A stretch of 64,000 nt of DNA from Ostreococcus lucimarinus (Eukaryota), in the NCBI GenBank assembly GCA_000092065.1, contig CP000584.1. One strand, 5' to 3'. Both the position numbers and the translations under genes were made by a program. How positions within the stretch are numbered: position 1 is the first letter of the stretch; the number at the start of each line of letters is the position of its first letter. The notes below the pieces were generated by a model. The model was not told the DNA's origin and searched no databases. It saw only the letters and a list, made by a program, of their open reading frames with translations. Below, piece by piece: positions 37,632 through 47,761 of the stretch.

Positions 37632-40568
37632 ATGGCGACGCCGCCGTGCGCGTCGTGTCGACTCGTGGAGATGGGCGGACTCGTGGACGCGACGCGACCG
37701 CCGAACGCGAACGCGATGATTTCGGATGACGACGCGGACGACGCGCGGTCGACGCGCGGGACGGCGGCGAGCGCGAGCGCGAGGGCGCGGGCGACGGCGG
37801 CGATCGATGACGACGGGCGCGAGGAGGGCGCGCGCGCGGTGAAGGCGTCGAGGGGACGGCGCGGGTGGTGGTGGACGTCGAGACGGTTCGGGACGGATAT
37901 CGCGGGCGGCGGCGAGCCGAGCGCGAGCGCGGTGGTGGACATCGTGCCTAGAGACGACGGGGGGGAGACGCGGTCGCGGATCGCGCGAGAGATCGAGACG
38001 TCGCTGACGCAGTACGTGGAAGACGCGCGAACGATGGAGATGGGGTGGGAGAAGAAGTCGCGGAGGAGGACGACGACGTCGAAAACGGTGCGGGAGCTGT
38101 GCGCCGAGGCGAGCGCGAGGACGAAACGGGTGCGAGCGACGACGATTAGAGGCGCGAAAGTGACACACATGGTGTTGAATGCGTACGCGAGGCGCGCGTT
38201 CCGTTTGGGTGCGGCCGTGGTGGTGGAGTTGACGAAGGAGGATTCAAGACGGAACGCTACGGAGGCGGCGACGAGGGGGGCGTCGTTGGCGAGAAACGCT
38301 CTTCGCGGAGTACACGTGCAGTTTCCACCTCTCGTGGGGGTGACCGTAGAAGCCCACCATGTGATTTCTGTGCTCTCGCGCATCGCGCGCGTGGTGGGTA
38401 GACCTTTTGGTGTTCTCAAGCCCAAACGACGTCGCTCGTTCGCGCGTCGAACGCCTGCGCAAGCCGACGTCGAAATCATCGGAGACGCGGATGTGGAAAT
38501 CGCGTCAGCGTCAGAGACTCCGATTCGCATGCAAGAGTTGATGCACCTTTTCGACGGCGCGAACGGCATTCGGCCAGACGAGTTCACGGAGCTTTTGTCG
38601 CCTCAGTCGATCGCGACGAATGTCGACGGCGAAGATGTGTTGCGCGTCTTTGCACCCGATTCAACGCTTCTGACGCCACAGACGGTGGACATATCGCCCG
38701 TCGCCGCGATAGACTTCTCACACGAGATGTCGTACATCAGTGACGGCGGCGGTAGGAATGATAATGTCTCACCGCAGCCGCAAAGCCGTAGCAAATCTGC
38801 GCACGACATCGCGATGTCTCCAGATCCGGAGGCAAAAGCGTTCGTTCGACGCATCGAGGACGATTTAGAACGCCTCGCGAGCGATTCTGAGGAAGGCGCG
38901 AGTTTGAGAATACTCAGCGTGGACGATGTGCGGTTCGGTTCTCGAGTGCTGCGCGAGTGGTTTCTCGCGTGTCGCAACAACGCTTGGGCAATGAACGACG
39001 TGGATAATCGAGCGCGAGAAATGACAGAAAGCCTTGCGCACGCGGTGCTTTCGCCGAAAGTAAAACTCGCTAGACGCGTTTTTGCGCTCGATAGTGAATC
39101 TGACGAGTTCGAAGAGCTCTTGGAGGAAGCTCTCACGCAGTCGTTCGCCGATTTATCCGACGAAATTGGCGAACAGCCGCCCGAGTTCGCGGCGTCTGTT
39201 GCCGCAGCAGGCAGCGAAGATGTCGCCGTGGCGTCCGAGTTGAAACCGAATGATGTCATTCAGAACGAATCTAATATATTGGACGACGCAGACGTCACGG
39301 GTGTCGCATTAGATCAAGAGCCAGTCGTAATTACGAAAGACATCGTCGAGGTGTATGAAGCGCCCGCCGTAGAAGTTGTCGTCGCGGACGAGCGATACGC
39401 CGATCAGATCCGTCGGCTCAGCGAAGAAGTGGAACGCATGAAGACTGAACAGGCTTCGATGGTGAAGATGACCGAACAACGAGACGCGGAGTTGCGGCAA
39501 TCGCTTGAACTTGAACGCGCCCAGCTGCTGGTTGAGGCGAAGAAGATTGATCCGCCGACACAGTCGTTGCAAGTACAAGAACTAGCTCAGCTAAAGGAAG
39601 AGTTAGAGCGTGTCAAGGCCGAGCAGATAGCACTGAAGGATAGATCCGAGCGCAGAGAGCGCGAGCTGAAAAAGACTTTCGCTATCGAGCGCGCCAAGTT
39701 GGAGGGAAGTCTAAGGGAGTCTTTCGCGGCGGAGCGAATAGAGCTCGAAGAAGAGTTAGCCAAGTCCATTTCTTTAGAACGAGGTGGGTTAGAGGAACAA
39801 GTGCACAAAGGTGATGAGTACCTTGATAGTGAGATCCAGCGTTTACACGAAGATCTGAATCAGATGAGGTCCGACCAGGAAAAAGTACTCATGATTGCCG
39901 CTGCACGCGAAAGTGAGCCAAGCAACGTGACAACGCCCGGTTCTCCTCTCTTTGCGCTCGACGCCGAGGCCGATGTTTCTATGGAATGGGATTTATATCA
40001 GCTTAAAGAAGAGCTCGACCGCGTCAAAACTGAGCAGTTGACAGCGTTGACGCTGACAGAAAGTCGTGAGGACGAGTTGAGAAAGTCACTCGCGTTGGAT
40101 AAGAAATCGGTTGAGGATGCCATACGACGCGAGGTGCTGCGCGCCACTGGTCAAATTGAGATGCAAAGTGTGAATGCTAGTCACCACTTTGAGCACAAGG
40201 CTACGCACCTCACACGATTGCTCAACGATGCCGAAACGCTCATGAAGTCGACCGAGGATAGGCTCAAGCTTCGTGAGCGCGAGTTGTTGAGTAATGCGGA
40301 AGGAATGATGACTCAAGCCGAAAATCGTCTCAGGCGCCGAGAGCAAGAGCTGCTAGCGCTCGCATCAACACCTCCAAGCGTGTCGCCGTTCAGAGCAGTC
40401 GACCCTTCGACACCTGCTGCGAACGCAACGGTCAGCGTCTCAGCGCTGGAACGAGCTCGCGCACGGCGACGTTTGCTTCACGAAGTCACCGACACTTTCA
40501 GCTTGAACGAAATAGTCACTCAGGCGCGCCAGTTGGCTTCCGACCTCGAGTATAGGCTCCAACGATGA
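37632..40568 (+). CDS. Long coiled-coil protein (~978 aa), function unknown.
   Basis: The C-terminal ~450 aa are heptad-rich E/K/R/L sequence (EEVERMKTEQASMVKMTEQRDAELRQSLELERAQLLVEAKK...). The start is assigned to the first Met (MATPPCASCRLVEMGG) downstream of the divergent ProDH gene. Upstream in-frame sequence is antisense to ProDH. Confidence 0.45.
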   Translation: MATPPCASCRLVEMGGLVDATRPPNANAMISDDDADDARSTRGTAASASARARATAAIDDDGREEGARAVKASRGRRGWWWTSRRFGTDIAGGGEPSASAVVDIVPRDDGGETRSRIAREIETSLTQYVEDARTMEMGWEKKSRRRTTTSKTVRELCAEASARTKRVRATTIRGAKVTHMVLNAYARRAFRLGAAVVVELTKEDSRRNATEAATRGASLARNALRGVHVQFPPLVGVTVEAHHVISVLSRIARVVGRPFGVLKPKRRRSFARRTPAQADVEIIGDADVEIASASETPIRMQELMHLFDGANGIRPDEFTELLSPQSIATNVDGEDVLRVFAPDSTLLTPQTVDISPVAAIDFSHEMSYISDGGGRNDNVSPQPQSRSKSAHDIAMSPDPEAKAFVRRIEDDLERLASDSEEGASLRILSVDDVRFGSRVLREWFLACRNNAWAMNDVDNRAREMTESLAHAVLSPKVKLARRVFALDSESDEFEELLEEALTQSFADLSDEIGEQPPEFAASVAAAGSEDVAVASELKPNDVIQNESNILDDADVTGVALDQEPVVITKDIVEVYEAPAVEVVVADERYADQIRRLSEEVERMKTEQASMVKMTEQRDAELRQSLELERAQLLVEAKKIDPPTQSLQVQELAQLKEELERVKAEQIALKDRSERRERELKKTFAIERAKLEGSLRESFAAERIELEEELAKSISLERGGLEEQVHKGDEYLDSEIQRLHEDLNQMRSDQEKVLMIAAARESEPSNVTTPGSPLFALDAEADVSMEWDLYQLKEELDRVKTEQLTALTLTESREDELRKSLALDKKSVEDAIRREVLRATGQIEMQSVNASHHFEHKATHLTRLLNDAETLMKSTEDRLKLRERELLSNAEGMMTQAENRLRRREQELLALASTPPSVSPFRAVDPSTPAANATVSVSALERARARRRLLHEVTDTFSLNEIVTQARQLASDLEYRLQR

Positions 40569-40625
40569 GCATCAAGTAGTATTCATTAAATCAATCTTTG
40601 CTACCGCTACGTTTAACCAATCGAC

Positions 40626-42749
40626 TTAAGTCGACGGGCAAAGTGCTTCTACCAAATCGCCGATTCGCACAGAGTATTCAGTCTCCTTTTCTTGTTCGTC
40701 AGCGGCTTCGTCACGGAACTTTTGTTCGATTATGAAATCTTTCCATTTCGTGCCGCGGTAACCAGCCCGCTTCATGAAAGCGGCCTTAGTTATTGTCTCG
40801 CCTTCGGGCATGCGAATACTGGACTCGCCCTTTTCATTCATGAAAAACTCGCCCAACAACTCTTTGCATTTCACCGCGAAGTTGATCGAAGCGGGTCGCT
40901 TGATCGTAATTTTTACCTTTGCCGTGCCTTTCTTTGATTCGCCTTTGACTGCGGCGACTTGAATTGTGTCTTCAGCGGGTTCTGTGGTCTGTTTCGCCGC
41001 ACTCGCCACAACATCCTTTCCTGGCGTGCTCTGTTTGGACGAGTCGCCGCCGGACGACTGGGCGGCAACATTTATGCTAGAGAGTATGCGACTCAACCCA
41101 CCTGGCGCTCGAATGACTTTTTCCAACACCTTGTCGTTCGCGGTCGTCATGTCGCGCGGCGTCAACGCTTTACTACTCGTCGCAGTCACGCGTTCAGCCG
41201 TCTTCTGCGACGAACTCGAAGAGCTACTGCTTGACGAACTCGAAGAGCTACTACTCGACGATGAGTCCGATGAGTCGCTGCTGCTAGAAGAGCTAGAAGA
41301 GTTACTACTCGACGATGAGCTACCGCTCGAACGAGACTTAATCGCTCCTGTGTTCGATTCCACGTTTTTTGGTTGCGTCGCTTCGTCTGCTTTCGCGCTG
41401 TCCTTCTCGTTGTTGGCATCCTTTTCGGGGAGTGAAGTTAGATCAGCCTTGCCGCTCAGCGACGCTTCGTCGTCCTCTTTCGCGCTCGCCGCTGTTCCGT
41501 CTTCGGCATCTTGCCACATCGGCATTTCACCATCGTACCCGAGTTCGCCCAGTATCGCTTGCGTAAGCATTCTTTCGACGACGCCAAACCTTTGAGATGA
41601 GTGTCTTGGAATTTGTTTCGTAAATCCGTCAACCAGGCAAGTCGGCACGCGTTTATGTTGTGCGTAACCGGATCGGTACAGGCGGGCGATAAGAAGCGCG
41701 ACCGCGAGAAAGTCGCCGACTTCCCTATTTACGGCAGGGGTCATTTTTGCAATCTTTTCGCCCAGTTCATTGAAAATCAGGGTGCCGGTTTCGTACTGCA
41801 CGATGGCGATTTGCTGCGTCACGGCATTCGTCGTTCTCACCAGAGTGTCGAAGGTATCCATATTCAAACGTTCCAGTGCGTTTATGAAAGCTTTACTTAC
41901 GAGCAACGTCTTTACGAAGACGCTATACTGCACACCAGGATTTTTATCGAGCAATGCCTTGACTTCGTCGTACGTCGTTGACGTACTACGCTTGACCGAG
42001 GCCGCTCCCGGCGCCGGAGCTATTTCTTCCACCATCTCCCAAGGACTAGCCTCTGGAACTTCTTCCACGCGCTTGCGTTTCGCCGGTTGCGTCTCAGTTT
42101 TGTCAGCACTCGCGTCTCTATCCCGTTTGTCTCCGGCTTTAGTGTCTTTCGTTGTAACCTTTTCGACGTCCTGGCGTAGCGCAGGCGTCTCACGCTTCGC
42201 GAAAGCCTTCGGCGTCTCTACCGGCGCCAATGCCACGGGCATCGGTGTCGTCGCAAACGCCGTCGTATTCAAGTTCATCGGCGTACCCGCGCTCGCAAGC
42301 GGTGAGATCGCAGGACTAAACGGCGAGTTCACCAACAGCACGCTCACGTTTACCTTTCTGTTTCTCTCCTCCAAAGCCTCCGGCGTGCACATCGCGCGAT
42401 ACGCCGCGATCCCTTCATCCACCCCGCGCTCGGGTTCCACTTGCGCAAACAACGAATCGAACGCATCGTATTTCATCGATTCATCGTCCAAGTCGATCCA
42501 CTTCTTCACGCCGCTAAAGATTCTCAGCGCGTGCAAGTCGCCGACGACGGCTGAGCCGAACCTCGCGCCGTACTTCTCATCGTGCTTGCGTCGAATAGCT
42601 TCCCTCGCCGCTTTCACCCCTGCCTTGACGTCGATGCTCACCGTGAACGACGTCCCGACGCACGTCTCCACGTCGACGCGTCGCACGTCGCTCTCGCGCG
42701 GCATCTTCGCGTGCCGATGCCGCCGCCGCCGACCCGTGTCGAGATTCAA
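40626..42749 (-). CDS. Hypothetical protein (~700 aa) with a conserved-looking central globular region, a long Ser-rich tract and a basic C-terminal domain.
   Basis: It is a continuous ORF with non-junk composition. The tract [42 protein letters not shown] is encoded by imperfect 36-bp nucleotide repeats near 41190..41340. I recognise no domain with confidence. Confidence 0.4.
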   Translation of the reverse strand: [707 protein letters not shown]

Positions 42750-42977
42750 CCGCGCGGCGCGGCGCGACGCGCGCCGTGCGCCGCTTCGCGACCGCGTCCC
42801 GTGGCGTCGCGCACGTTTATCGTTCTGCGCACCGTCGCGTGGAGCCCGTCGCGCGCGTCGCGAACTGTCATCGCGTTCGCGTCGCGGCGGGCGCCCGCCG
42901 CGCGCGGACGCCTCGAGCGCGCGTCCGCGACGTCCAACGCGCTAAACGGCATCTATTGCACTCGCTAACGGGCTAAG

Positions 42978-43589
42978 CTATTCGGGCGTTTTCGGGGGAT
43001 ACAACGACGGTAAAAGCAGAATCGGGATGAAGGCGGAGACGATGAAGTAAGGCGCGGCGCGAAGGGCGACTCGCGGCGCCCACGAGCGCCAGTCGCCGCG
43101 CAAGCGCAGCGGACGTTTGATTTCAGCGTGACTCGCCCCGCGCTCGCACGCGATCGCGTCGTCGGCGCACACGGCGTCGATGAACGCGCGTTCGTCTTCG
43201 TGCGCGCGCGCCTCGAACGCCGCGCGCACGACCTCGACGTGTTTCCTCGCGAGGCGTCGGCACGCGAGCGACGCATCCGCGTCGACGACGCCGCGCGGGC
43301 CCGCGGGCACGCTCGACTCCGCGTAATGCGCCTCTCCGAACACCGAATACAATTTATCGTACTTGCGCAAGTTTTCTCCCGCGCACGCCCGCGCGAGGGC
43401 GTCGTCCGCGTTCGTCGCGCGCGTCCGCGCGAAGAACGCGACGTCGCGCGCCACCAAGGCGCACGCCGCGCACGAGACGGACGACGCTTTCGCGCTCGGC
43501 CGCGCGTCGTCCACGGGCGCGAACGCGTGGATGGCGACGCCGATCGCGCACGCGAACCACGCGACGGCGAGCGCGAGGCGCGGAAACAT
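42978..43589 (-). CDS. Small hypothetical secreted or membrane protein with a signal peptide, a Cys-containing domain and a C-terminal transmembrane helix.
   Basis: MFPRLALAVAWFACAIGVAIHAFAP is signal-peptide-like. There are eight Cys in the mature part and a C-terminal hydrophobic APYFIVSAFIPILLLPSLY. It could instead be a downstream exon of the adjacent membrane-protein gene. Confidence 0.3.
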   Translation of the reverse strand: MFPRLALAVAWFACAIGVAIHAFAPVDDARPSAKASSVSCAACALVARDVAFFARTRATNADDALARACAGENLRKYDKLYSVFGEAHYAESSVPAGPRGVVDADASLACRRLARKHVEVVRAAFEARAHEDERAFIDAVCADDAIACERGASHAEIKRPLRLRGDWRSWAPRVALRAAPYFIVSAFIPILLLPSLYPPKTPE

Positions 43590-43742
43590 CGCGCGCGCGT
43601 CTGAGGGCGCGCGGCGGCGGGAGGACGGTTGGCGCGCGAGAGCCTCGAGGACGTCTTCGGGAGACGGCGCGCGGGACGGCGCTGCGCGCGCGTCGTGCGC
43701 GACTATCACAAACCCTAAACCCAAACTATTGTATTCTGAATG

Positions 43743-44648
43743 CTACGACGACGACGACACGCCGAGGGCGCGACACACCTTGAGCGGCGCGTTGACGAAA
43801 TTCCTACCCGTCGTCGCGTTCAACACGATGGTGTACACCATGTGGAGAATCAGTGTGTAGCTGAACGAGTTGACGAGGATGAAAAATAACGCCGTGGCCC
43901 ACACCCAGCCGATCGTCGGCGCGAACGTCGCCCCCACGTTCGCCGCGAATTGATCGAGCAGAGAGTACATCTGCGTGACGAGCAACTTCATCACGTTTTC
44001 GCGATACAGGAGCGACGAAATCGAGAGCGAGGCTAAAATCCCGAACGTTCGCGTCAGCGCGCTCGCTGGCACGGTGACCCACCAGCTCGAACCCGACGAC
44101 CAGAGCGAACTCAGCACGTACGCCAAGACGCCGTGCAGAAAGAAATAATTCAACGCTCGCAGCGGCCCGCTGATCATCAACAACAACAGCGAGGCGACGA
44201 CGAGTGTTCGCATCGCCGCCGCGCGCCCCGACCTCGCGCACGCGATCACCACGGGCAGTGGAAATAACGCTCCGAAATACGCATCAAAGCGAAACAGTGA
44301 AGATATGTGGAACGCCAACCCAGTCATCGCCGCGAGCATCGCGGCTTCGACGAGCACGCGCGGCGGCAAGCCCGGCGCCGCCGCGCTCGCGCCGTCTCCG
44401 ACCGCCCTCGTCGCGTTCGTCCCGCTTCCTCGCGCGCGCACCGCGCGCGCGCGCGCCTTCTCGCACAGCGTCGCGCGCGCCCTCGTCGCGTCGCGTCCTC
44501 GCGCGCGCGTCTCCACGCGCGCGCGCGTCTCCGCGCGCGCGCGCGGCGACGCGTGCGCGCGCACCGCGCCGCGCGTCGACCGCACCGCGCGTCCCGAGGT
44601 CGACGCCGACGTCGAGACGACCGTCCCGCAGCGCGCGAGCGCCTCCAT
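43743..44648 (-). CDS. Polytopic membrane protein with an organellar presequence, possibly DUF2232-like.
   Basis: The N-terminus is Arg/Ala/Thr-rich, followed by about six hydrophobic helices (MLAAMTGLAFHISSLFRF..., LVVASLLLLMISGPLRALNYFFLHGVLAYVL..., IGWVWATALFFILVNSFSYTLILHMVYTIV). The family assignment is a guess. Confidence 0.4.
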   Translation of the reverse strand: MEALARCGTVVSTSASTSGRAVRSTRGAVRAHASPRARAETRARVETRARGRDATRARATLCEKARARAVRARGSGTNATRAVGDGASAAAPGLPPRVLVEAAMLAAMTGLAFHISSLFRFDAYFGALFPLPVVIACARSGRAAAMRTLVVASLLLLMISGPLRALNYFFLHGVLAYVLSSLWSSGSSWWVTVPASALTRTFGILASLSISSLLYRENVMKLLVTQMYSLLDQFAANVGATFAPTIGWVWATALFFILVNSFSYTLILHMVYTIVLNATTGRNFVNAPLKVCRALGVSSSS

Positions 44649-44801
44649 CGCGCGCGTCGTCGTCTGCGCGCGCGCGAGGACGCGCGCGACGACGCCGCGA
44701 CGCGCGTGATCCGTGTTTATAGCGAGTCTCGATACTTGGACATCGCCGACGGCGCGCCTCGGTCCGTCTCTTTGCGACGCGTCAGTCGATTAATAGCACA
44801 G

Positions 44802-45713
44802 ATGAGGTGCGGGCGCGAGCGAAATGTCGTGGGAATATTTACGCGTCGTCGTCGTCGCGCGCGTGCGGCGTGAAGCGTCGCGCGCGTCGTGCGGAGGGGC
44901 GACGATGCGCCGCGCGCGCGAAACCCTACTCGATCGCTCGAGACCGACGAAGCCGACGTCGCGCGCGCGATGCGACGACCCGCGGCCGCGCGCGCGGCGC
45001 TCGATCGATGCGCGCGATGATTGTTCACCGACTGACGACGAATGCACGCTCGTTCACGCGCGCGCAGCAAGCTCAACACCGATACCCTCAAGGAAGGCGT
45101 CACGTTCCTCTTGGAAAAGTCCAAGGAGAAGCCGCGCAAGTTCGTGGAGACGATTGAACTTCAAATTGGTTTGAAGAACTATGATCCGCAAAAGGACAAG
45201 CGTTTCAACGGCACCGTCTCGTTGCCGGTGATTCCGCGCCCGAAGCTCAAGATGTGCATCTTGGGCGACGCCAAGCACTGCGAAGAGGCGACCGGGAACG
45301 GCATCGACTCGATGGACGTCGAGGCGTTGAAGAAGCTCAACAAGAACAAGAAGCTCATCAAGAAGCTCGCGAAGAAGTACCAACACTTCTTGGCGTCGGA
45401 GTCTGTGATTAAGCAAATTCCTCGTCTCCTTGGTCCGGGTTTGAACAAGGCCGGTAAGTTCCCGACGCTCGCCACTCACAACGAGCCGCTCGAGAACAAG
45501 ATCAACGACGTCAAGTCCCAAGTCAAGTTCCAGCTTAAGAAGGTTCTTTGCTTGGCTGTCGCCGTCGGTCACGTCGAAATGACGGAGAAGGAGTTGTTTA
45601 TCAACATCCAAATGTCCGTCAACTTCTTGGTCTCTTTGTTGAAGAAGAACTGGCAAAACGTCAAGTCTTTGTACATCAAGACCACGATGGGCCCGCCCTT
45701 CCGCTTGTTCTAA
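44802..45713 (+). CDS. RPL10A: 60S ribosomal protein L10a (uL1). Exon 1 is ATGAG at 44802..44806 and exon 2 is 45068..45713.
   Basis: Exon 2 translates to [71 protein letters not shown]...[36 protein letters not shown], near-identical to eukaryotic RPL10A. The initiator ATG plus AG of the Ser codon sit 261 bp upstream, followed by the GTGCGG donor. The acceptor is CGCGCAG|C. Confidence 0.9.
44807..45067 (+). other. RPL10A intron placed immediately after the start codon (261 bp). Donor GTGCGG, branch ACTGAC 31 nt before acceptor CAG.
   Basis: This join recreates the universally conserved MSKL N-terminus. A start-proximal intron is typical for ribosomal-protein genes in compact algal genomes. 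Confidence 0.8.
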
Positions 45714-46018
45714 GCGACCACTTCCGATGAAGCATCATCCCTGAAGTCGCGCGTTTACGCGCGACTTTAGCGTACACCAAGTCACCGCAGCCACACTTGA
45801 GCCCCACTGGGACCATGCCCAGTGAAACGGCGTAGCTACGGGAGTCGTTGGTAGCTGCTTAACCGCAGCGACGCTTGCTTTGTCTGTTTTAATCAAACTT
45901 CGTCTGGCAACTTGCCAGTCGTTGTGACGACGCGAAGAGACTAAAATACTACATAAACAACGTTGTTATGAAACACCAATCTCGTAATGACACACTCTAC
46001 TTACTACGCTAGACGAAG

Positions 46019-47146
46019 CTAAAATCCTGGGATGCCCAATTCGTGCGCGAAGCCGCCCTTGATGGCGGCGGCGACGACGACGAGCACGCCCGAGTTCCAC
46101 ATCGAGTGAATTAACATCGGGGTGAGTAAATTGCGAGTTCGCGCATAGCTAAAGCCTAAAACCATCCCCAAGACGACGAGTTCGACGAAATCTCGCGGCG
46201 CGAAGTGCGCGAGCCCGAACAAAACGCTGCTAAAGAGCACTGCGCCGGGCGTCGGCAACCACTTCGTGAGCGACGCGAGGATGAAGCCTCGAAAGACGAC
46301 CTCTTCGAGCAACGGCGCCAACACGCTCGTCACCGTCAACACAGCGAGAAGAGTGCCGTTGTTATCGCTTGAAATCAATGGCAGCACGCCATCAATCGTG
46401 CCCACTTGCTCAGACGCCTTCTCGATCGCTTGTTGACCCCCCTGCGCCTTCTCCGCCACGTCGAGCACAAATCCCGTCGCCGCGAGCGCTAAAAACGTCG
46501 TCCCATATCCGATCAATCCGTACTTGGCCCATCCCCGCTCGCGTTCGAACGGATCGCTAAAATCAAACTTAAACCAGTCCTTGGACTCATCTTTTACCAC
46601 ATCCATGTGCGGGGACACGAGCGCGTACACCAAGCTCAAACTCACCACCGTCTCCGCGCACTGCACCGCGAGCAAGTACTCGGCTTGCGCGTTCGCGTCC
46701 ATCTTCGCCGGATCCACCCCCAACTGCGCCATCGCGAGCGGAAACGCGATCGCCGCGACACCGATGAACGACACACCCCACGCCACGATCCCGAGCGCCA
46801 CCGTTCCGCCGCCCCACGGCACGTCCCAGCGTTCGCGATAGTCGTCGAGCGTCGACGTCGCCTTTCCCGCGCCTCGCGTCGACGACACCACCCGCGCGCG
46901 CGCGCGCGCCGCCTCGAGCGACGACCGCGACGGCGCGGCGTCGACCGCGACGACCGCGCGCTCCGTCTTCGTCTCCGCGCGTTCATCCTCGTCATCGCGC
47001 GCGCGCAGCACCACGACGCATCGACGCAACGTCGTCGTCGCTTTATCCACCGCTCGCGCGCGACGCGTCGCGCGCGCGCGCGGCGCGACGCGCGCGACGC
47101 CGACGCGCGCGACGTTCGTCATCGTCGACGCTCGCACGAGCGACAT
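46019..47146 (-). CDS. CPBP-family (CAAX protease / Abi) intramembrane metalloprotease with an organellar presequence.
   Basis: The motifs EEVVFRG (EExxxR), FGLAHF (FxxxH) and HSMWN (HxxxN) occur in successive transmembrane helices. Confidence 0.75.
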   Translation of the reverse strand: MSLVRASTMTNVARVGVARVAPRARATRRARAVDKATTTLRRCVVVLRARDDEDERAETKTERAVVAVDAAPSRSSLEAARARARVVSSTRGAGKATSTLDDYRERWDVPWGGGTVALGIVAWGVSFIGVAAIAFPLAMAQLGVDPAKMDANAQAEYLLAVQCAETVVSLSLVYALVSPHMDVVKDESKDWFKFDFSDPFERERGWAKYGLIGYGTTFLALAATGFVLDVAEKAQGGQQAIEKASEQVGTIDGVLPLISSDNNGTLLAVLTVTSVLAPLLEEVVFRGFILASLTKWLPTPGAVLFSSVLFGLAHFAPRDFVELVVLGMVLGFSYARTRNLLTPMLIHSMWNSGVLVVVAAAIKGGFAHELGIPGF

Positions 47147-47175
47147 CGTCGTCCACGCGCCGTCGTCGGCGCGGA

Positions 47176-47649
47176 GTGTCGCGGCAGATGACGACGCACG
47201 TCATCATGCGTTGCGCCCCGTCATCGCTCGCGCGCGTCGCCTCGAACGCCGCGGCGTCGTCGAGCGATGGACGCGCGCGCGCGCGTCGCGCGTCGCGCGT
47301 CGCGCACCGCCTCGCCCCCGCGCGCGCGCTGGACGGCGTCGACCCGTACGAGACGACGCAGCTCGTGAGCGTCGCCGGCACCGTCGCCGCGCTCGGCCTC
47401 ACCGCGCTCGCGCTCGGCGCCAAGGGCGAGCCCAAACCGTGCGCCGCGTGTTCCACGACCGGCGGCGAGCCGTGCGCGTTCTGCGACGCGTCGGGGCGCC
47501 GGTCGACGCCGGTGAAGATCACGCAGCGGGACAGAAACGACGACGGCGTCCTCGGGCTGACGCGTAGGAATCCGTACGAGTGCACGGCGTGCAAGGGAGC
47601 GGGGATGATTCTGTGTCGCGCGTGTAGAGGGTCGGGATACGTCGATTGA
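47176..47649 (+). CDS. DnaJ-type zinc-finger protein (BSD2/LQY1/PSA2-like) with four CxxCx(G)xG repeats and a presequence.
   Basis: PCAACSTTGGEPCAFCDASG and YECTACKGAGMILCRACRGSGYVD give 4 x CxxC spaced as in the DnaJ cysteine-rich domain, in a ~150-aa protein with a transit-peptide-like N-terminus. Its start is only 30 bp from the divergent CPBP start. Confidence 0.6.
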   Translation: MSRQMTTHVIMRCAPSSLARVASNAAASSSDGRARARRASRVAHRLAPARALDGVDPYETTQLVSVAGTVAALGLTALALGAKGEPKPCAACSTTGGEPCAFCDASGRRSTPVKITQRDRNDDGVLGLTRRNPYECTACKGAGMILCRACRGSGYVD

Positions 47650-47761
47650 GCGCGCTTAGCGACCGTAGGAACGCCGCGCGCGGCGTCATTGTTATTCAAC
47701 GCGTTCGTCCGCGACTGATTATTCTCCGCGAGCGCCCGAGCGCGACACATCGAGTCGCGTC

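Noticed and set aside
37205-38587. 460-aa minus-strand ORF
   Set aside because: It is antisense to the coiled-coil protein gene and to the ProDH promoter. It is Arg/Ala-rich with no motifs.
44649-44801. Treating [11 protein letters not shown]... at 45042 as the RPL10A start
   Set aside because: The conserved MSKL N-terminus is recovered only by splicing from ATGAG at 44802. The MHARSRAR codons lie inside the intron.
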